64,000 nucleotides of DNA from a virus. The position numbers and the translations under genes are program-made. Location: positions 64,001 to 128,000 of the IMG/VR virus record IMGVR_UViG_3300023174_000052; one strand, written 5' to 3'. Of this stretch, positions 29,701 through 39,280 are shown one piece after another. Position 1 is the stretch's first letter, and each line of letters begins with the position of its first letter. The notes under the pieces are model-generated. The model ran no database searches. It worked only from the letters and a program-made list of their open reading frames with translations, and was not told where the DNA came from.

Positions 29701-31227
29701 TAATCTAGCTGCTGATTTTAACGCGTCCATTATCGAATAGAGAAGTTCTTTCATTGGCTTCGCTTTCATAATGCCATTTGTAAAACCGTCAAAGAACGTC
29801 TTGAACAAGCTTCCGAGATATTGAATAGGTTCGAAAGCTTTTTTGATATTATCTGCCATATTCTGCATTATCTCTTCTTGAGATAACTGCTTATCAGCTG
29901 CGCCTTCTGCAGCAGCAGAAATTTCGTCGTAGGACATACCCATATTTTCTGCAGATAATGCGGCCTCGACCATATTCGCATCCATACCAGCGGTCTGCGC
30001 GAGTAAGTCTTTTTCGGCTCGAGACATATCTTTTATCGATCTACCCGTTGCAGCGAACGACTGGCGTAACATATCGAGACGTTTCGAAGGATCCTGCTCC
30101 TTCATCATTTGCATCGCATCGACATTCATTCCGAAGGATTGCGCGAGTTTAGATGCATTAGTCGCTGCTGTCTCAAAATCATCGAAAGCACCCATTAAAC
30201 CTTCGAGATCCTTGATTTCTAATCCTAATTTTCTAACGTATACAGCTGACGTTGCCATTTGAGCTTTAGTCATAGCTCCGAATTTGCCCATGTTCGACGT
30301 CATGTAAGTCATATCCTTACCCATGAGCTTCGAAGAGATTCCGAATTTTTTGCCCATTTGTACGGATAAATTACCAATCTCTTTCAATGAATCTGTAATA
30401 TTTTCGCCTCGGGCAAGTGCAGTAGACCCGAGAGATTTCATCGCTTCGTTAGTGATGCCGAGACCTTTTTGATAGATCACTACCTGCGCGGCGTTTTCAA
30501 CCATCTGGTTACCTAACGCGCTAAATACTGGTCCCATCGCTTCGGCAGTTTCGCTAAGCTCCTGCATCGCCTTAGCCAAACCATCAGGACCATAACCATA
30601 AATTGATCCTAAAGAGCGACCAGAACCTGCTAAATTACCAGATTGTTTATTTAATTCTTTATATGAATCTATAACAGCCTTGCCTTCATTCGAAGCCAGA
30701 CTTCCAAATTTATCTCTTACTTCTTCGAATGCAGTCCTCAATACAAGCGAATCGTTCGCGAGATTAGCGGCCTCTTCCTGTAATGAACTTAAAATTCCCA
30801 TAGGAATAGAAAGTAATGCTCCACCAATTCCTATAATGCTGCGAGTTAGTGACGTCACAACTCCGACTACGCCACCTAATACATCTTTAAACTTCTGAAA
30901 TGCAGTACGTCCTGCTTTCGCTGCTTGCGTCGCAGCAGGACCAACGTTAGGTATCTCTCTAGCAGCTTCTGTTGCAGCAGCTGTCACGCCTTCGATACCT
31001 GTCGACGCAGATCGAGCTGCATCGGCGGCTGCTGTCAACGCAGCCGCCATATTATCAACACCCTCGGGCTTTTTTGAACCTTTATCTAATAACTCTGCCA
31101 GCTTTTCAGATATCTGGATCTGGTTTCGCAGTACTTCATTTTGCTTAGACATAAGCACAGTTCTTGCTTCCAGCAATTCATTAATCTGGCGCTGAATGTC
31201 TAGATTTCCAGTATCTTCGGTAGCCAC
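26752..31227 (-). CDS. tape measure protein (1491 aa)
   Basis: Long helical Ala/Gly-rich protein with a hydrophobic central region and ~70-aa repeats (DWDDIKKVFAAT x2; GNRAT x2); downstream of tube and chaperones; GTG start with GGAGG. Confidence 0.88.
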   Translation of the reverse strand: MATEDTGNLDIQRQINELLEARTVLMSKQNEVLRNQIQISEKLAELLDKGSKKPEGVDNMAAALTAAADAARSASTGIEGVTAAATEAAREIPNVGPAATQAAKAGRTAFQKFKDVLGGVVGVVTSLTRSIIGIGGALLSIPMGILSSLQEEAANLANDSLVLRTAFEEVRDKFGSLASNEGKAVIDSYKELNKQSGNLAGSGRSLGSIYGYGPDGLAKAMQELSETAEAMGPVFSALGNQMVENAAQVVIYQKGLGITNEAMKSLGSTALARGENITDSLKEIGNLSVQMGKKFGISSKLMGKDMTYMTSNMGKFGAMTKAQMATSAVYVRKLGLEIKDLEGLMGAFDDFETAATNASKLAQSFGMNVDAMQMMKEQDPSKRLDMLRQSFAATGRSIKDMSRAEKDLLAQTAGMDANMVEAALSAENMGMSYDEISAAAEGAADKQLSQEEIMQNMADNIKKAFEPIQYLGSLFKTFFDGFTNGIMKAKPMKELLYSIMDALKSAARLGRVLGNVFVTAFPGVKEMLGGVAGFFRDISKTLDGITKDVKNFKNGVDGTFKDFQKNPEKYINKFTDYISNAFKKIFGDKNGRGSTILDGMMKFGSFLLKSLIALLPKLLSGLTDIIKKLAAWIRGMNAGSSLLKPLIDGIMDVLPDLLHALWDLFVEAFKALSPILVPVIGAYIGFMLLKATISAISSAVVLKIKSKIADAIGVKPGEEKQPVPISEKMREAAKSVMGIVEELGNVKPGTVAKAGLNLLIIAAFVSGAVYAFSLAISESAALFAGISWDQVNMVFISMALGISATLGLAFAASALSEAIPEMLIGILGLTVAALFVIDGILWFSIAVRMAADILKPVDWDDIKKVFAATGFGILATIVLAFTAASLVADGGATLTIGMAGLLLAAIFTTAGIVVFSKAVAYAAGVLKEVDWDDIKKVFAATATGIGALIGIAVASIALATAAPAMALGLVTLPLAVAFLTFGVAVLAAGINSLITRTNIADPSKVLKIFELILVSMTAVGALVAASGTFALMGPYIIPLIASTLLMAKFMEETSGSLARGLSAIDRINVTDPEQLKLKVELIGKLVESMSSLGTLAVDAGKLDIASKIFKGNSASSAIESMGSFLEKIKGKITGLLTTVMTIALDTQKYPKGVISRAVGVADVIGKIANLAGALTQPISALAGIKGGLALGNRATEIIDFIMVRFTQLLPVLSKAIQDIIPEVFKTAKLIPPGFNKEKADAFASAIGAVASLVTAISSPIQALAGIEGGGILMGNRATDKIDQIMKSMGTIMETIKTELPYIVDSVVLAADGLPDDFNNEKAQTIATVIGTIKPVAESLGEIMKLSEGKALDAVLIKKNIDSLRAPLANLAGFMPDYFKVSDMLSTYKEKTMAPLVTAIVDDIKAVNSALESLGDIQMDATVEKIGKNLGIKDSIIQLERKPITMNVQLNLTMKADDIAKEIFDVSAKMINANPNDPSIKNIAAAFGAQGK

Positions 31228-31273
31228 GGGTCAACGACCTCCCTACATCGTAACTATCGGGAGGCTCAAGTTT

Positions 31274-31510
31274 TTAGAGACCCCAATTCTGTCCTGTAAC
31301 GCGTTCAAATCTCGAAACAGCTATTCTTTTCTGTTCCAAGGCGCTTGCAACTTCATCGATCTTACCTTCTCGAAGCGCTAATAGCAATTTTCTCGAAGTG
31401 TTTGCAGCTTCATACATAACAGAAATAAAAACAGGATCACCGACAAGAGTTAACGTCTTACGATGACCCGAAATATATTCTACAAGAGATTTTTTAATAA
31501 TGGGTTCCAT
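31274..31510 (-). CDS. hypothetical protein (78 aa)
   Basis: Compact ORF in the tail operon with upstream ATAATTA. Confidence 0.6.
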   Translation of the reverse strand: MEPIIKKSLVEYISGHRKTLTLVGDPVFISVMYEAANTSRKLLLALREGKIDEVASALEQKRIAVSRFERVTGQNWGL

Positions 31511-31539
31511 AATGAGTAATTATCTCTTCATTTTTCTTT

Positions 31540-31788
31540 TTATGTAAATCTTCGAAGTTTCGCAGGAACTTGTGATCTTGCCTTATTCGTTAGCGCTCTG
31601 GCTTCGGGTGAATTCGCATGAGCAGCTCTCGAATCTTCTGAACCCTTCATCTCCCGCTGCAATCTCTGTAAAAACCAGACTCTATATTGTACCGGTAGAT
31701 TATAGCACTCCCAATAACTGAATCCCATATAATACATCAACAAGAAGGAGTGCTCTAAGTATATCTCTCTATCAGTCGGCGTCAGGCC
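31540..31788 (-). CDS. T4 gp51-like tail/baseplate chaperone segment, probably reached by frameshift
   Basis: Frame open from the T7 run: GLTPTDREIYLEHSFLLMYYMGFSYWECYNLPVQYRVWFLQRL; no SD before the internal TTG/ATG. Confidence 0.65.
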   Translation of the reverse strand, partial: GLTPTDREIYLEHSFLLMYYMGFSYWECYNLPVQYRVWFLQRLQREMKGSEDSRAAHANSPEARALTNKARSQVPAKLRRFT

Positions 31789-32632
31789 AAAAAAAGCTGG
31801 CCCCTAGAGGCATTCTCACCTCCGAAGATTCACCACACGCCGTGCAATCGATGAACTGCTTCATATCGATGCCAGGTTCATTCTTGTCGATGAATTGACG
31901 AAGAGTCATAGAATCGCGAGCTGGCATCGAACGAATGAACGACGCAATGAGAGACTTATCTGTCTTTCCATCAACAGCGACGAGAGAAAACTGTAGGCGA
32001 GTTGTCACTAAAGAGTCAGCCTGCGCGCCTGACTTCTTCTTGCGCTCCTGGATCGTCATGATTTCTTCTTCATCAGCACCCGTGAGGAACTTAAAACGAA
32101 CGTTTTTCTTAGTTACAGGTAACTGGAATTCAAAAATATTCGCGCCGATTTCAACAGGCTGAATCTGTAGTTCCTTGATCGGAAGAGAAGACAGGTCGAA
32201 CTCGTGCTTTGAACGGTCGCCACAAGAAGGACAATCGACTTCGGCTGTATACTCAGCACCGTAACCGGTGATTCGAAGCGCGATCATAATCGCGTTTCTA
32301 TCTCCTGATAACATTTTTTGAACGTCTATACGCTTATCAATTACACAAGATTGTAATAAATTCGTGATAACAGTTCCTTTCTTGATGAGGGCACGAGAGG
32401 TTAGAATATCTTCTTCCCTGGCTGTCATCGAGCGTATTTCAACTGTTTCTAGTCCATGCAACGGAGAATCAGACGGGTATACTAACCCATGTGTCGGGAG
32501 TGGTATACTCTCAACGGGTATCTCAAACCCGAAATCATCTTTCATTACGTCTCGAGTCATTACACCGGCAGGGGCGCCACCCATTGGACCTTGTCCACCG
32601 AAAACGCTATTCTTATCACCTCTATCTGCCAA
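31772..32632 (-). CDS. T4 gp26-like baseplate-hub / tail assembly chaperone
   Basis: IPLPTHG..YP, MTAREEDILT, GDRNAIMIALRITGYG, CPSC and CTAC, terminal FFWP; TTG start with GGAGG. Confidence 0.85.
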   Translation of the reverse strand: MADRGDKNSVFGGQGPMGGAPAGVMTRDVMKDDFGFEIPVESIPLPTHGLVYPSDSPLHGLETVEIRSMTAREEDILTSRALIKKGTVITNLLQSCVIDKRIDVQKMLSGDRNAIMIALRITGYGAEYTAEVDCPSCGDRSKHEFDLSSLPIKELQIQPVEIGANIFEFQLPVTKKNVRFKFLTGADEEEIMTIQERKKKSGAQADSLVTTRLQFSLVAVDGKTDKSLIASFIRSMPARDSMTLRQFIDKNEPGIDMKQFIDCTACGESSEVRMPLGASFFWPDAD

Positions 32633-32657
32633 AAGAACCTCCTAATATATCAAATTA

Positions 32658-32686
32658 ATGATACTATCAGGAGATAGCGTTGTAAA
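32658..32686 (-). promoter_or_regulatory. sigma70-like promoter of the chaperone gene
   Basis: TTTACA-N17-TATCAT. Confidence 0.6.
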
Positions 32687-32705
32687 TTATTCGTCGTAAT
32701 TTTAT

Positions 32706-32735
32706 AAAAGAAAAGGCCCGGATGCCCGGGCCTTT
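32706..32735 (-). terminator. intrinsic terminator after the tail tube gene
   Basis: AAAGGCCCGG-GCAT-CCGGGCCTTT followed by TCTTTT. Confidence 0.88.
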
Positions 32736-32761
32736 GTTCTATCGCATCTAGTATGCAAACA

Positions 32762-33250
32762 TCAGAACTGAAGTATAGCGTTATCCATTTGAATCGTGAG
32801 CGAGATTTCTGTCGCGTCTTCGGTGCCGTAATCGAGGTCGCCGAACTGTGCAGATGTAATCTGCGCGCCCTTGACGTCCCAGAGTTCTACGACGGTACCA
32901 ACTGGGTCAAGCATCTTTAATTGGATATCACGCTTGTAAAAGTCAGCATAACCCGCGCGGCCTGAGACTGACTCGTAGTGCGCGCGGACCCATTCCATAA
33001 CCTGCTGCGCTCCAGACGGAGCGATGGGATCATAGAGCGTGATCGCCATGGTCGAGAAAGTTGCCTTACCCGCGACGTAGCGTTTCGTATTGATCCAGTG
33101 CATTTCTGTTACACCGATATCAACTTGGGGACGAGCAGTTCCCTTAACGAGGAACGAATCGATGCCGTCTATAGCGAGGACCCACCTAAATTTGCGCTTC
33201 GGTTCGAAGCGGTTCGGTAGCATTTCGCCGACTGAGAGTGTTTCTGCCAT
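32762..33250 (-). CDS. tail tube protein (gp19-like)
   Basis: EPKRKFRW, ITLYDPIAPSGAQQVMEW, GYADFYKRDI.LKMLDPVG.VVE.W. Confidence 0.92.
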   Translation of the reverse strand: MAETLSVGEMLPNRFEPKRKFRWVLAIDGIDSFLVKGTARPQVDIGVTEMHWINTKRYVAGKATFSTMAITLYDPIAPSGAQQVMEWVRAHYESVSGRAGYADFYKRDIQLKMLDPVGTVVELWDVKGAQITSAQFGDLDYGTEDATEISLTIQMDNAILQF

Positions 33251-33292
33251 TTTAGTATTCTCCTAATTTCTATATATTCTCTCGGTCGCCTT

Positions 33293-36199
33293 TTATATTG
33301 TGGCGCCCGCATTTGTGACGACGAAGTCTAACGAGACGAACTCGATCGACTTGGTGGGTTGGACGAAGATCTTACCTCTGATGGTGTTATTTTCGACGTC
33401 GGCCTGTGTGGTCGTTGTCGTGTCTATCTTAACCAGGTAACGGTCAACACCAGACTGTGCCTGAATCTGTTTAAGGATTGGATCGACTAAATTAGAGAAT
33501 CGAGCTAATGTCTCTTCGCGATTGGGCTCGAATAGAATCTGGTTAGATGCTACTCTGACACGGCGGCGAATTTCGATGAGTAGACGACGTACGTTAACTC
33601 TATCAAGAGCTGACGTTCTATTCAACAACGTCTTTTGACCGTTGATGATTGGAGAAGGTGATCCTGGAATCGTCGCGATTGGATTGATGTTCGCAGAATA
33701 TAGAGTGTCCATGTTGTCTCTATTTAATTTTGTCTGTGTCTCGGTGACGTCGCCCAGAGCACCACGAGTAAAGCCCGCGGGAGCGAACCAAGGATACGCA
33801 ACTCTATCGTTGAGAGAGAAAGCTCCAAGGGCAGCAACTGACGGTGGAGCAACGACTTCCATTCCTGTCGTTGGGTCTGCGATAACGACGTCAGGGTAAT
33901 ATGCTGCGCCAAACGAGCTATCTAGCTGTCTATCCTTAAACGAAGAAGCTGTAAATGTTACTGATGGCGTTTCACTTGAGCCGGTTATAACTAGTCCGTT
34001 AGTATTACGTTCTTCGATATCCATGATATATAACGCGTCGAATCGATTTTCGACAGCATCAAGAGCGTAGTCAGTAACTCCAGGTTCTCTCATACCAGGA
34101 ATTGTGATGAGTTGGACGTCGACATCGGAGCGTTCTGCGATAACGTCGACTGCCTTTCTATAAGAAGCGACTGTCGCACCAAAAGCGCCACCCTGTGTAG
34201 CCGAATTAACCATCTCGCGAAGAGCAGCAAGGTTGTTCATTTTCGATTTATTGGAGTCAAGGGAATTGACACCGTCGAAACCACCTTGTAAGTTAAACGT
34301 AAATTTAATATATTTCCTACTGCCTAGATCTGCGAGATCGGACGTTTGTAGGAATCTATTAAATGATGCGCCTAAAACTCCATCGCGACTATACGTAGCG
34401 ACAGCCCATTGATTTGGATCGGGTAAACCAGTGATCGAAGCCGTTTTGACCTGTATCTGATCAATTGAGAATAAGTTATTCGCGAATTTGTCTGCTTCTA
34501 CGGAGTCTCCTATCCAGGGGTTCGGGAAATCTGTATGATATTTTGCGAAGTATTTAGAGTAAGAAGCTACGTTGCTATTCGCCCAATTATTTTTGTTTTG
34601 TTCTAAAACACTATCGATTGCTTCATATTGAACGCCCCAGTGCAAGTAAGGGGTAACTCTAATCGATGTTCCGGTTCCTTGCGATATTGTTTTACGGAAG
34701 GGAAGAGGCAATTGTTTAACGTTATCTAAGCTAGCGATACCCGCTCTGTGAAGCATTCCTTTGGTATTCAAGTGATAGTATCCTCTGAACCCGAACGGTA
34801 ACGACGTCGCAGGAACTTCTGCGTTCTCTACTGACGGAGCGACTTCTATTCTTATGTAGTTGGAATTGTTAGGATACAATCCGTCGACGACCAACTTCTG
34901 GCTGCCCGCTTCGCGATCGAAATCGTAATAAACGTGTGTATCGCCAATCACTCTTGCGATGTACTTAGGAGACGAAGGATCCAAGCTTAAACCTATAAAA
35001 GTCTCGAGAACAACTTGGTTGTCATCACTATCTCTAAAGTCTCTTACATATAAATCGAATGTTCCATAATCCGACGTGGGATCTGACGAGGGGGTTAATC
35101 CGCGTATAGAAATCTTAACTCTTTCATTTGGCCATGCGCCGTCATCAAGAGCGTGGACCTTGAATAGATTTTCTCTTTCGCCACCGAACTTTTGTGAAAC
35201 GATCCAAGGAGAAACAGCAGTTGTGAATCTATCTTCGAATCCTTCAAAGTTTGGAATAGAAGTCGAACCGCTATTGTGTCCTAACGCACCTGTTAAAATA
35301 AACGCAACGTTATTCTTGTGGTTAGGTGCTAACGTTTCAGCAACATTTGTACCTGTCACAATAGCAAATGAAGGATAGACATCCCAAGAAGCAGCCAAAC
35401 AGTGTCCTGCGATTTCGGTCTTCGTTAGATCTGTATTGAAGATATTTCCGAAGTAATTTGGAGCGACAGGATCGAATGACGCTGTGATCGTGTTCGGATA
35501 AGATACTGTTGAAATGTGTCCTGACAAGAACATTACAAACTCTTGCTTCGCATTCGAGAGATCGACAGTACCACTTAACAAGCCGTGCATACTACTGGGC
35601 GCGGCGTTTATTGGGAGATCGTTATCTGCGAAAATACTAGATGACAAAGATAGAAGCACACCACTTGGAGTTAAAATAACTCCTCGAAGAACGGGAACAG
35701 CTCCAGCGCCAGTCTGTAATCCTGATTCGCTAAGTAACGTCGAGCCGTTTGATTCGGACATGAAGCAACCTAAAAAGTGCGTGCGTCCGCTTTTGCTTCC
35801 TGCGTTATTGTATGCGTATGGATTCGAATCTAAATCGCCCGAAGTTTGAACCTGTTCGCTACCGACGACGAATCCTGCGTTAGTGACTTTGCCTTTATTG
35901 ACGCCATCTGATACTCTCTTTTTGGCATCTCCAGCGCCCAGGATTCGAATGTATAGACCAGAACCTGCGTTCTTAAGCCATTGATACATCGCGATAGGTC
36001 CCATACGCTCGCCGTTCGAATTACCAAATTTCGTCGTGAATTCTCTATAATTTGCCGCGACGGTTGGAACGTAAGCGGGGCCTCGCTCTGAGGTACCAAT
36101 AACGCCAGCGGGTGTTCCTGTTGGAGAAACGCGGGATGGAGAGGAGAGGTCAATCTCTCTCACACCGACCCCAGCGCTCTTATAAGTCAGCTCTGCCAT
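33293..36199 (-). CDS. tail sheath protein, copy 2 (968 aa)
   Basis: SAGVGVREIDLS, GPAYVPT, WFAPAGFTRG, GQKTL, LDRVNVRRLL, FEPN, QPTKSIEFV. Confidence 0.93.
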   Translation of the reverse strand: MAELTYKSAGVGVREIDLSSPSRVSPTGTPAGVIGTSERGPAYVPTVAANYREFTTKFGNSNGERMGPIAMYQWLKNAGSGLYIRILGAGDAKKRVSDGVNKGKVTNAGFVVGSEQVQTSGDLDSNPYAYNNAGSKSGRTHFLGCFMSESNGSTLLSESGLQTGAGAVPVLRGVILTPSGVLLSLSSSIFADNDLPINAAPSSMHGLLSGTVDLSNAKQEFVMFLSGHISTVSYPNTITASFDPVAPNYFGNIFNTDLTKTEIAGHCLAASWDVYPSFAIVTGTNVAETLAPNHKNNVAFILTGALGHNSGSTSIPNFEGFEDRFTTAVSPWIVSQKFGGERENLFKVHALDDGAWPNERVKISIRGLTPSSDPTSDYGTFDLYVRDFRDSDDNQVVLETFIGLSLDPSSPKYIARVIGDTHVYYDFDREAGSQKLVVDGLYPNNSNYIRIEVAPSVENAEVPATSLPFGFRGYYHLNTKGMLHRAGIASLDNVKQLPLPFRKTISQGTGTSIRVTPYLHWGVQYEAIDSVLEQNKNNWANSNVASYSKYFAKYHTDFPNPWIGDSVEADKFANNLFSIDQIQVKTASITGLPDPNQWAVATYSRDGVLGASFNRFLQTSDLADLGSRKYIKFTFNLQGGFDGVNSLDSNKSKMNNLAALREMVNSATQGGAFGATVASYRKAVDVIAERSDVDVQLITIPGMREPGVTDYALDAVENRFDALYIMDIEERNTNGLVITGSSETPSVTFTASSFKDRQLDSSFGAAYYPDVVIADPTTGMEVVAPPSVAALGAFSLNDRVAYPWFAPAGFTRGALGDVTETQTKLNRDNMDTLYSANINPIATIPGSPSPIINGQKTLLNRTSALDRVNVRRLLIEIRRRVRVASNQILFEPNREETLARFSNLVDPILKQIQAQSGVDRYLVKIDTTTTTQADVENNTIRGKIFVQPTKSIEFVSLDFVVTNAGATI

Positions 36200-36227
36200 A
36201 CCAAATCTCCTATCATTACTTTATGTA

Positions 36228-39221
36228 TCATTGAAACGAAACGCCCGAGTTCGTAATTACGAAATCTATCGCAATAAATTCAATTGTTCTCGTAGGAACA
36301 ATGACAATGCGACCGTTAACTCGGTTTGCGTCTATATCTGCCTGACTGTTATTCGAAGAATCCATTACGACTTGGAAACGCTCGATACCTGCCTGCGCCT
36401 GAATAACTCCTAATTTAGGAGTAACTGCGTTAACGAAACGCTGACGCGTGGTAGGAGTATTTTGTTCGAAGAGAATCTTGTTCGCTTCTTCTGCGACCGT
36501 TTTCTTCACTTCGACCATTAGACGTCGAACGTTTAGACGATCAAGTGAAGATTTCGAAAGTTGTAGTGTCTTCTGTCCGAAAATAACGAAACCACCTGAT
36601 GGGAACGATGCGATCGGATTGATGCGTGCGTCGTAGAGTGTATCGCGGTCGGCGGCGTTAAGACGAACCGTAACGTTCTTAACGAAGTCAAGAGCACCAC
36701 GATTGAAACCTGCAGGTGCGAACCAAGGATAAGCAACACGATCATTATACGCGATAGCGCCGAGAATCGCTACTGAAGCAGGAACTTTAATTCTTCTTGG
36801 CGAGCCCGAAGTTTCAATGAATACATCTGGGTAGTATACAGATGTGTAGTTGTTATCTATGTTTAATGCTGCGAATGTTTCTGACGTATAACGAACGCTT
36901 GGTTTCGTGGTCGAATCATCCCATAGTCTAGAACCCGTATCATCGTACGATGCGATGTCTCTTATGTGGACCATGAGAGCATTCGATCGAACTCTATCAG
37001 CTAAATGATCCTGGACGAGTGGGTCTCTAATACCTGGTATCGAAACGATATTCGCGTTTGAACTAAACTCGTCAGTTAATATGTCTGCAGCAACTCTATA
37101 AGAACTGATGATGTTATTGTCGACGCCCGCTCCTGCAACGTTCACATTTAATCCGGCCTCGATATCTCCCCTAGCCTTTCCACCCAGTTCCACAGACGAC
37201 GCTTTGTCGTTCATCTTTCCGTTGTCTCTATCGAGTATATTAAGCCCATCGAATCCACCATAGAAATTATTTGTAAACTTCGCGTATGGTGTGAATCTAT
37301 TGAAGACTACAGAAGAACTATTAATTAGCGTTGCTAACGTTACACGAGATTGTGTTCCGAATGTTACACGATAGTCTGAACCATCTGGTATTCCATCTCT
37401 AACGTAAGCAGCACCTCTCATTAACACATCAGCAGAACCAGTCACGTTTGCGAACGTCGTCGACTCTAAAGCAACTCTAGCTAACGTAAATTTATTCGCA
37501 TTTAAAACGTCTGACGCTGAACCTGATACTAGCGTATCTTTCTTTGCTATACCTAAAAACTTAGATAAATTACGTATTAATTTATTTTCAACGACGCTAT
37601 TATTTGGATCGAGTACAGAATCAAGAGGAACTGATTGAAACATCACGCCCCAATATAATCTCGAATCGACTCTCTCATTAGGACCAGGTGTTCCTATATT
37701 ATCGGCGTTGGTTGTCATAGTTCCTCTCGTAACCTTAAATCTAAACGGTGTAGGAGGAATCAAAGAGTTTAATAAATTTGCGTATGTTACTTCGGCGTGT
37801 AAACGACTTTCACCTGTAAATAACTGACCATCGAATGTTAGACTATTCGAATTATCGCTTAGAGAATCTACTGTCTTAAGGGTAGGTAGACCTCTAAATC
37901 CGAACGGTAACGCCGCGGCGGGAACGTCTCCACTGTCGACCCTATCATTCATTATAACTCGAATCAACCTACTGCGATTCGCAAACTTGCCCGATATTAA
38001 TAGACGTCGTTCAGAATCTACATCGGTGTCGAAATTATAAGAAACTTTCTTATCACCTATCTTTTTCGCGATGTAATTATCTGCTTTAGGATTTAAACTA
38101 AGTTTCGGATAGTATTCGACTATTTGTGGAGAGAGATCGTCATCTTCGAACTTGCGGACAACGACATCGAAACTACCATATGGATTCGATTTATCAGTAG
38201 AGGCCACGATATTCTGAATCGAGACCTTGTAGAGATCGTTCGCAATCGCACCGTCTGATATAGACTCAAAATGAAATAAATCATATTCAAATTTACCGAA
38301 TGGTTGCGATATAAACGCGGTCGTTCTAGGCGCTTGATATCTTGTATCAAAACGACCAAAGTCGTTTAGCCAATTTGTCGATCCTGTTAGCGCAGCTACG
38401 CTTCTTGTCGTAGTATCGATTTTTGCAATTTCTACGTCGACAGGAAAATCTGCATATAAGAGATGTTTCTTTTCTGCGAATAGATCGGGGTCGGTATTTA
38501 AAACCTTTGTAATATAGTTATCGTCTTTTGGATCCAGAGAAGCAGTTAAAATTCTCATAACTCCGCCATTCGACGAAGATATGACGATCTTAAATTTATT
38601 TTTCATCTCGCCGGTCGGACCAGGTCTTGCTTCGTGATGATTTCCATAAGCATATGAACCGCTGTAGTCGAGTAATTGTATTCTCGTGTCTTCAGCAGTG
38701 AATATCATTCCGCGAACGAGGTTTGCAGTGTGTGATGTATACGATGGATTATCTATAAACATAGGTGAGGAGTAATCAGCTTGACCATTAACTATATGTT
38801 TTGCAGATAGAAAAACGACTGAACCTTCTGAGGCACTATAAATTGCAGGAACGCCAGGCTTGTAATAATTCGTATCTGACTTGATTACAAATCCTGCATT
38901 TTTTACTGTGCCTTCGTTTAATGTCTCGTCTATATCATCGGCGGTCTTATTCGCGCCTGCTCCAAGTGTTCTTACGAATGTAAAAGCGCTTCGGTGTTTG
39001 AGCCATTCGTTAGCAGCGTATGTCGCAGGCATTTCGTGGTTTAAACCACCGAATCTAGATTGAAAGTCTTCGAAATTTCCGACTGTCACGGGAACGAAAG
39101 CCGGTCCAAGTTTTGATGTACCAGCTACGCCGATTGGCGTGCCGACCGGTCCCGTCGCGCCGGCGATGAGTTCTATCTCCTGCTCAAAAAATCCAGGAGA
39201 TCGAAAAGTTTGTTCAGCCAT
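36228..39221 (-). CDS. tail sheath protein, copy 1 (997 aa)
   Basis: SPGFFEQEI, GPAFVPV, WFAPAGFNRG, GQKTL, LDRLNVRRLM, FEQN, PTRTIEFI. Confidence 0.93.
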   Translation of the reverse strand: MAEQTFRSPGFFEQEIELIAGATGPVGTPIGVAGTSKLGPAFVPVTVGNFEDFQSRFGGLNHEMPATYAANEWLKHRSAFTFVRTLGAGANKTADDIDETLNEGTVKNAGFVIKSDTNYYKPGVPAIYSASEGSVVFLSAKHIVNGQADYSSPMFIDNPSYTSHTANLVRGMIFTAEDTRIQLLDYSGSYAYGNHHEARPGPTGEMKNKFKIVISSSNGGVMRILTASLDPKDDNYITKVLNTDPDLFAEKKHLLYADFPVDVEIAKIDTTTRSVAALTGSTNWLNDFGRFDTRYQAPRTTAFISQPFGKFEYDLFHFESISDGAIANDLYKVSIQNIVASTDKSNPYGSFDVVVRKFEDDDLSPQIVEYYPKLSLNPKADNYIAKKIGDKKVSYNFDTDVDSERRLLISGKFANRSRLIRVIMNDRVDSGDVPAAALPFGFRGLPTLKTVDSLSDNSNSLTFDGQLFTGESRLHAEVTYANLLNSLIPPTPFRFKVTRGTMTTNADNIGTPGPNERVDSRLYWGVMFQSVPLDSVLDPNNSVVENKLIRNLSKFLGIAKKDTLVSGSASDVLNANKFTLARVALESTTFANVTGSADVLMRGAAYVRDGIPDGSDYRVTFGTQSRVTLATLINSSSVVFNRFTPYAKFTNNFYGGFDGLNILDRDNGKMNDKASSVELGGKARGDIEAGLNVNVAGAGVDNNIISSYRVAADILTDEFSSNANIVSIPGIRDPLVQDHLADRVRSNALMVHIRDIASYDDTGSRLWDDSTTKPSVRYTSETFAALNIDNNYTSVYYPDVFIETSGSPRRIKVPASVAILGAIAYNDRVAYPWFAPAGFNRGALDFVKNVTVRLNAADRDTLYDARINPIASFPSGGFVIFGQKTLQLSKSSLDRLNVRRLMVEVKKTVAEEANKILFEQNTPTTRQRFVNAVTPKLGVIQAQAGIERFQVVMDSSNNSQADIDANRVNGRIVIVPTRTIEFIAIDFVITNSGVSFQ

Positions 39222-39280
39222 TATAAGCTCCCTACACGTGTCTGTGCTCTATATAACTATCTGTCTCCGATTCGAAATCT

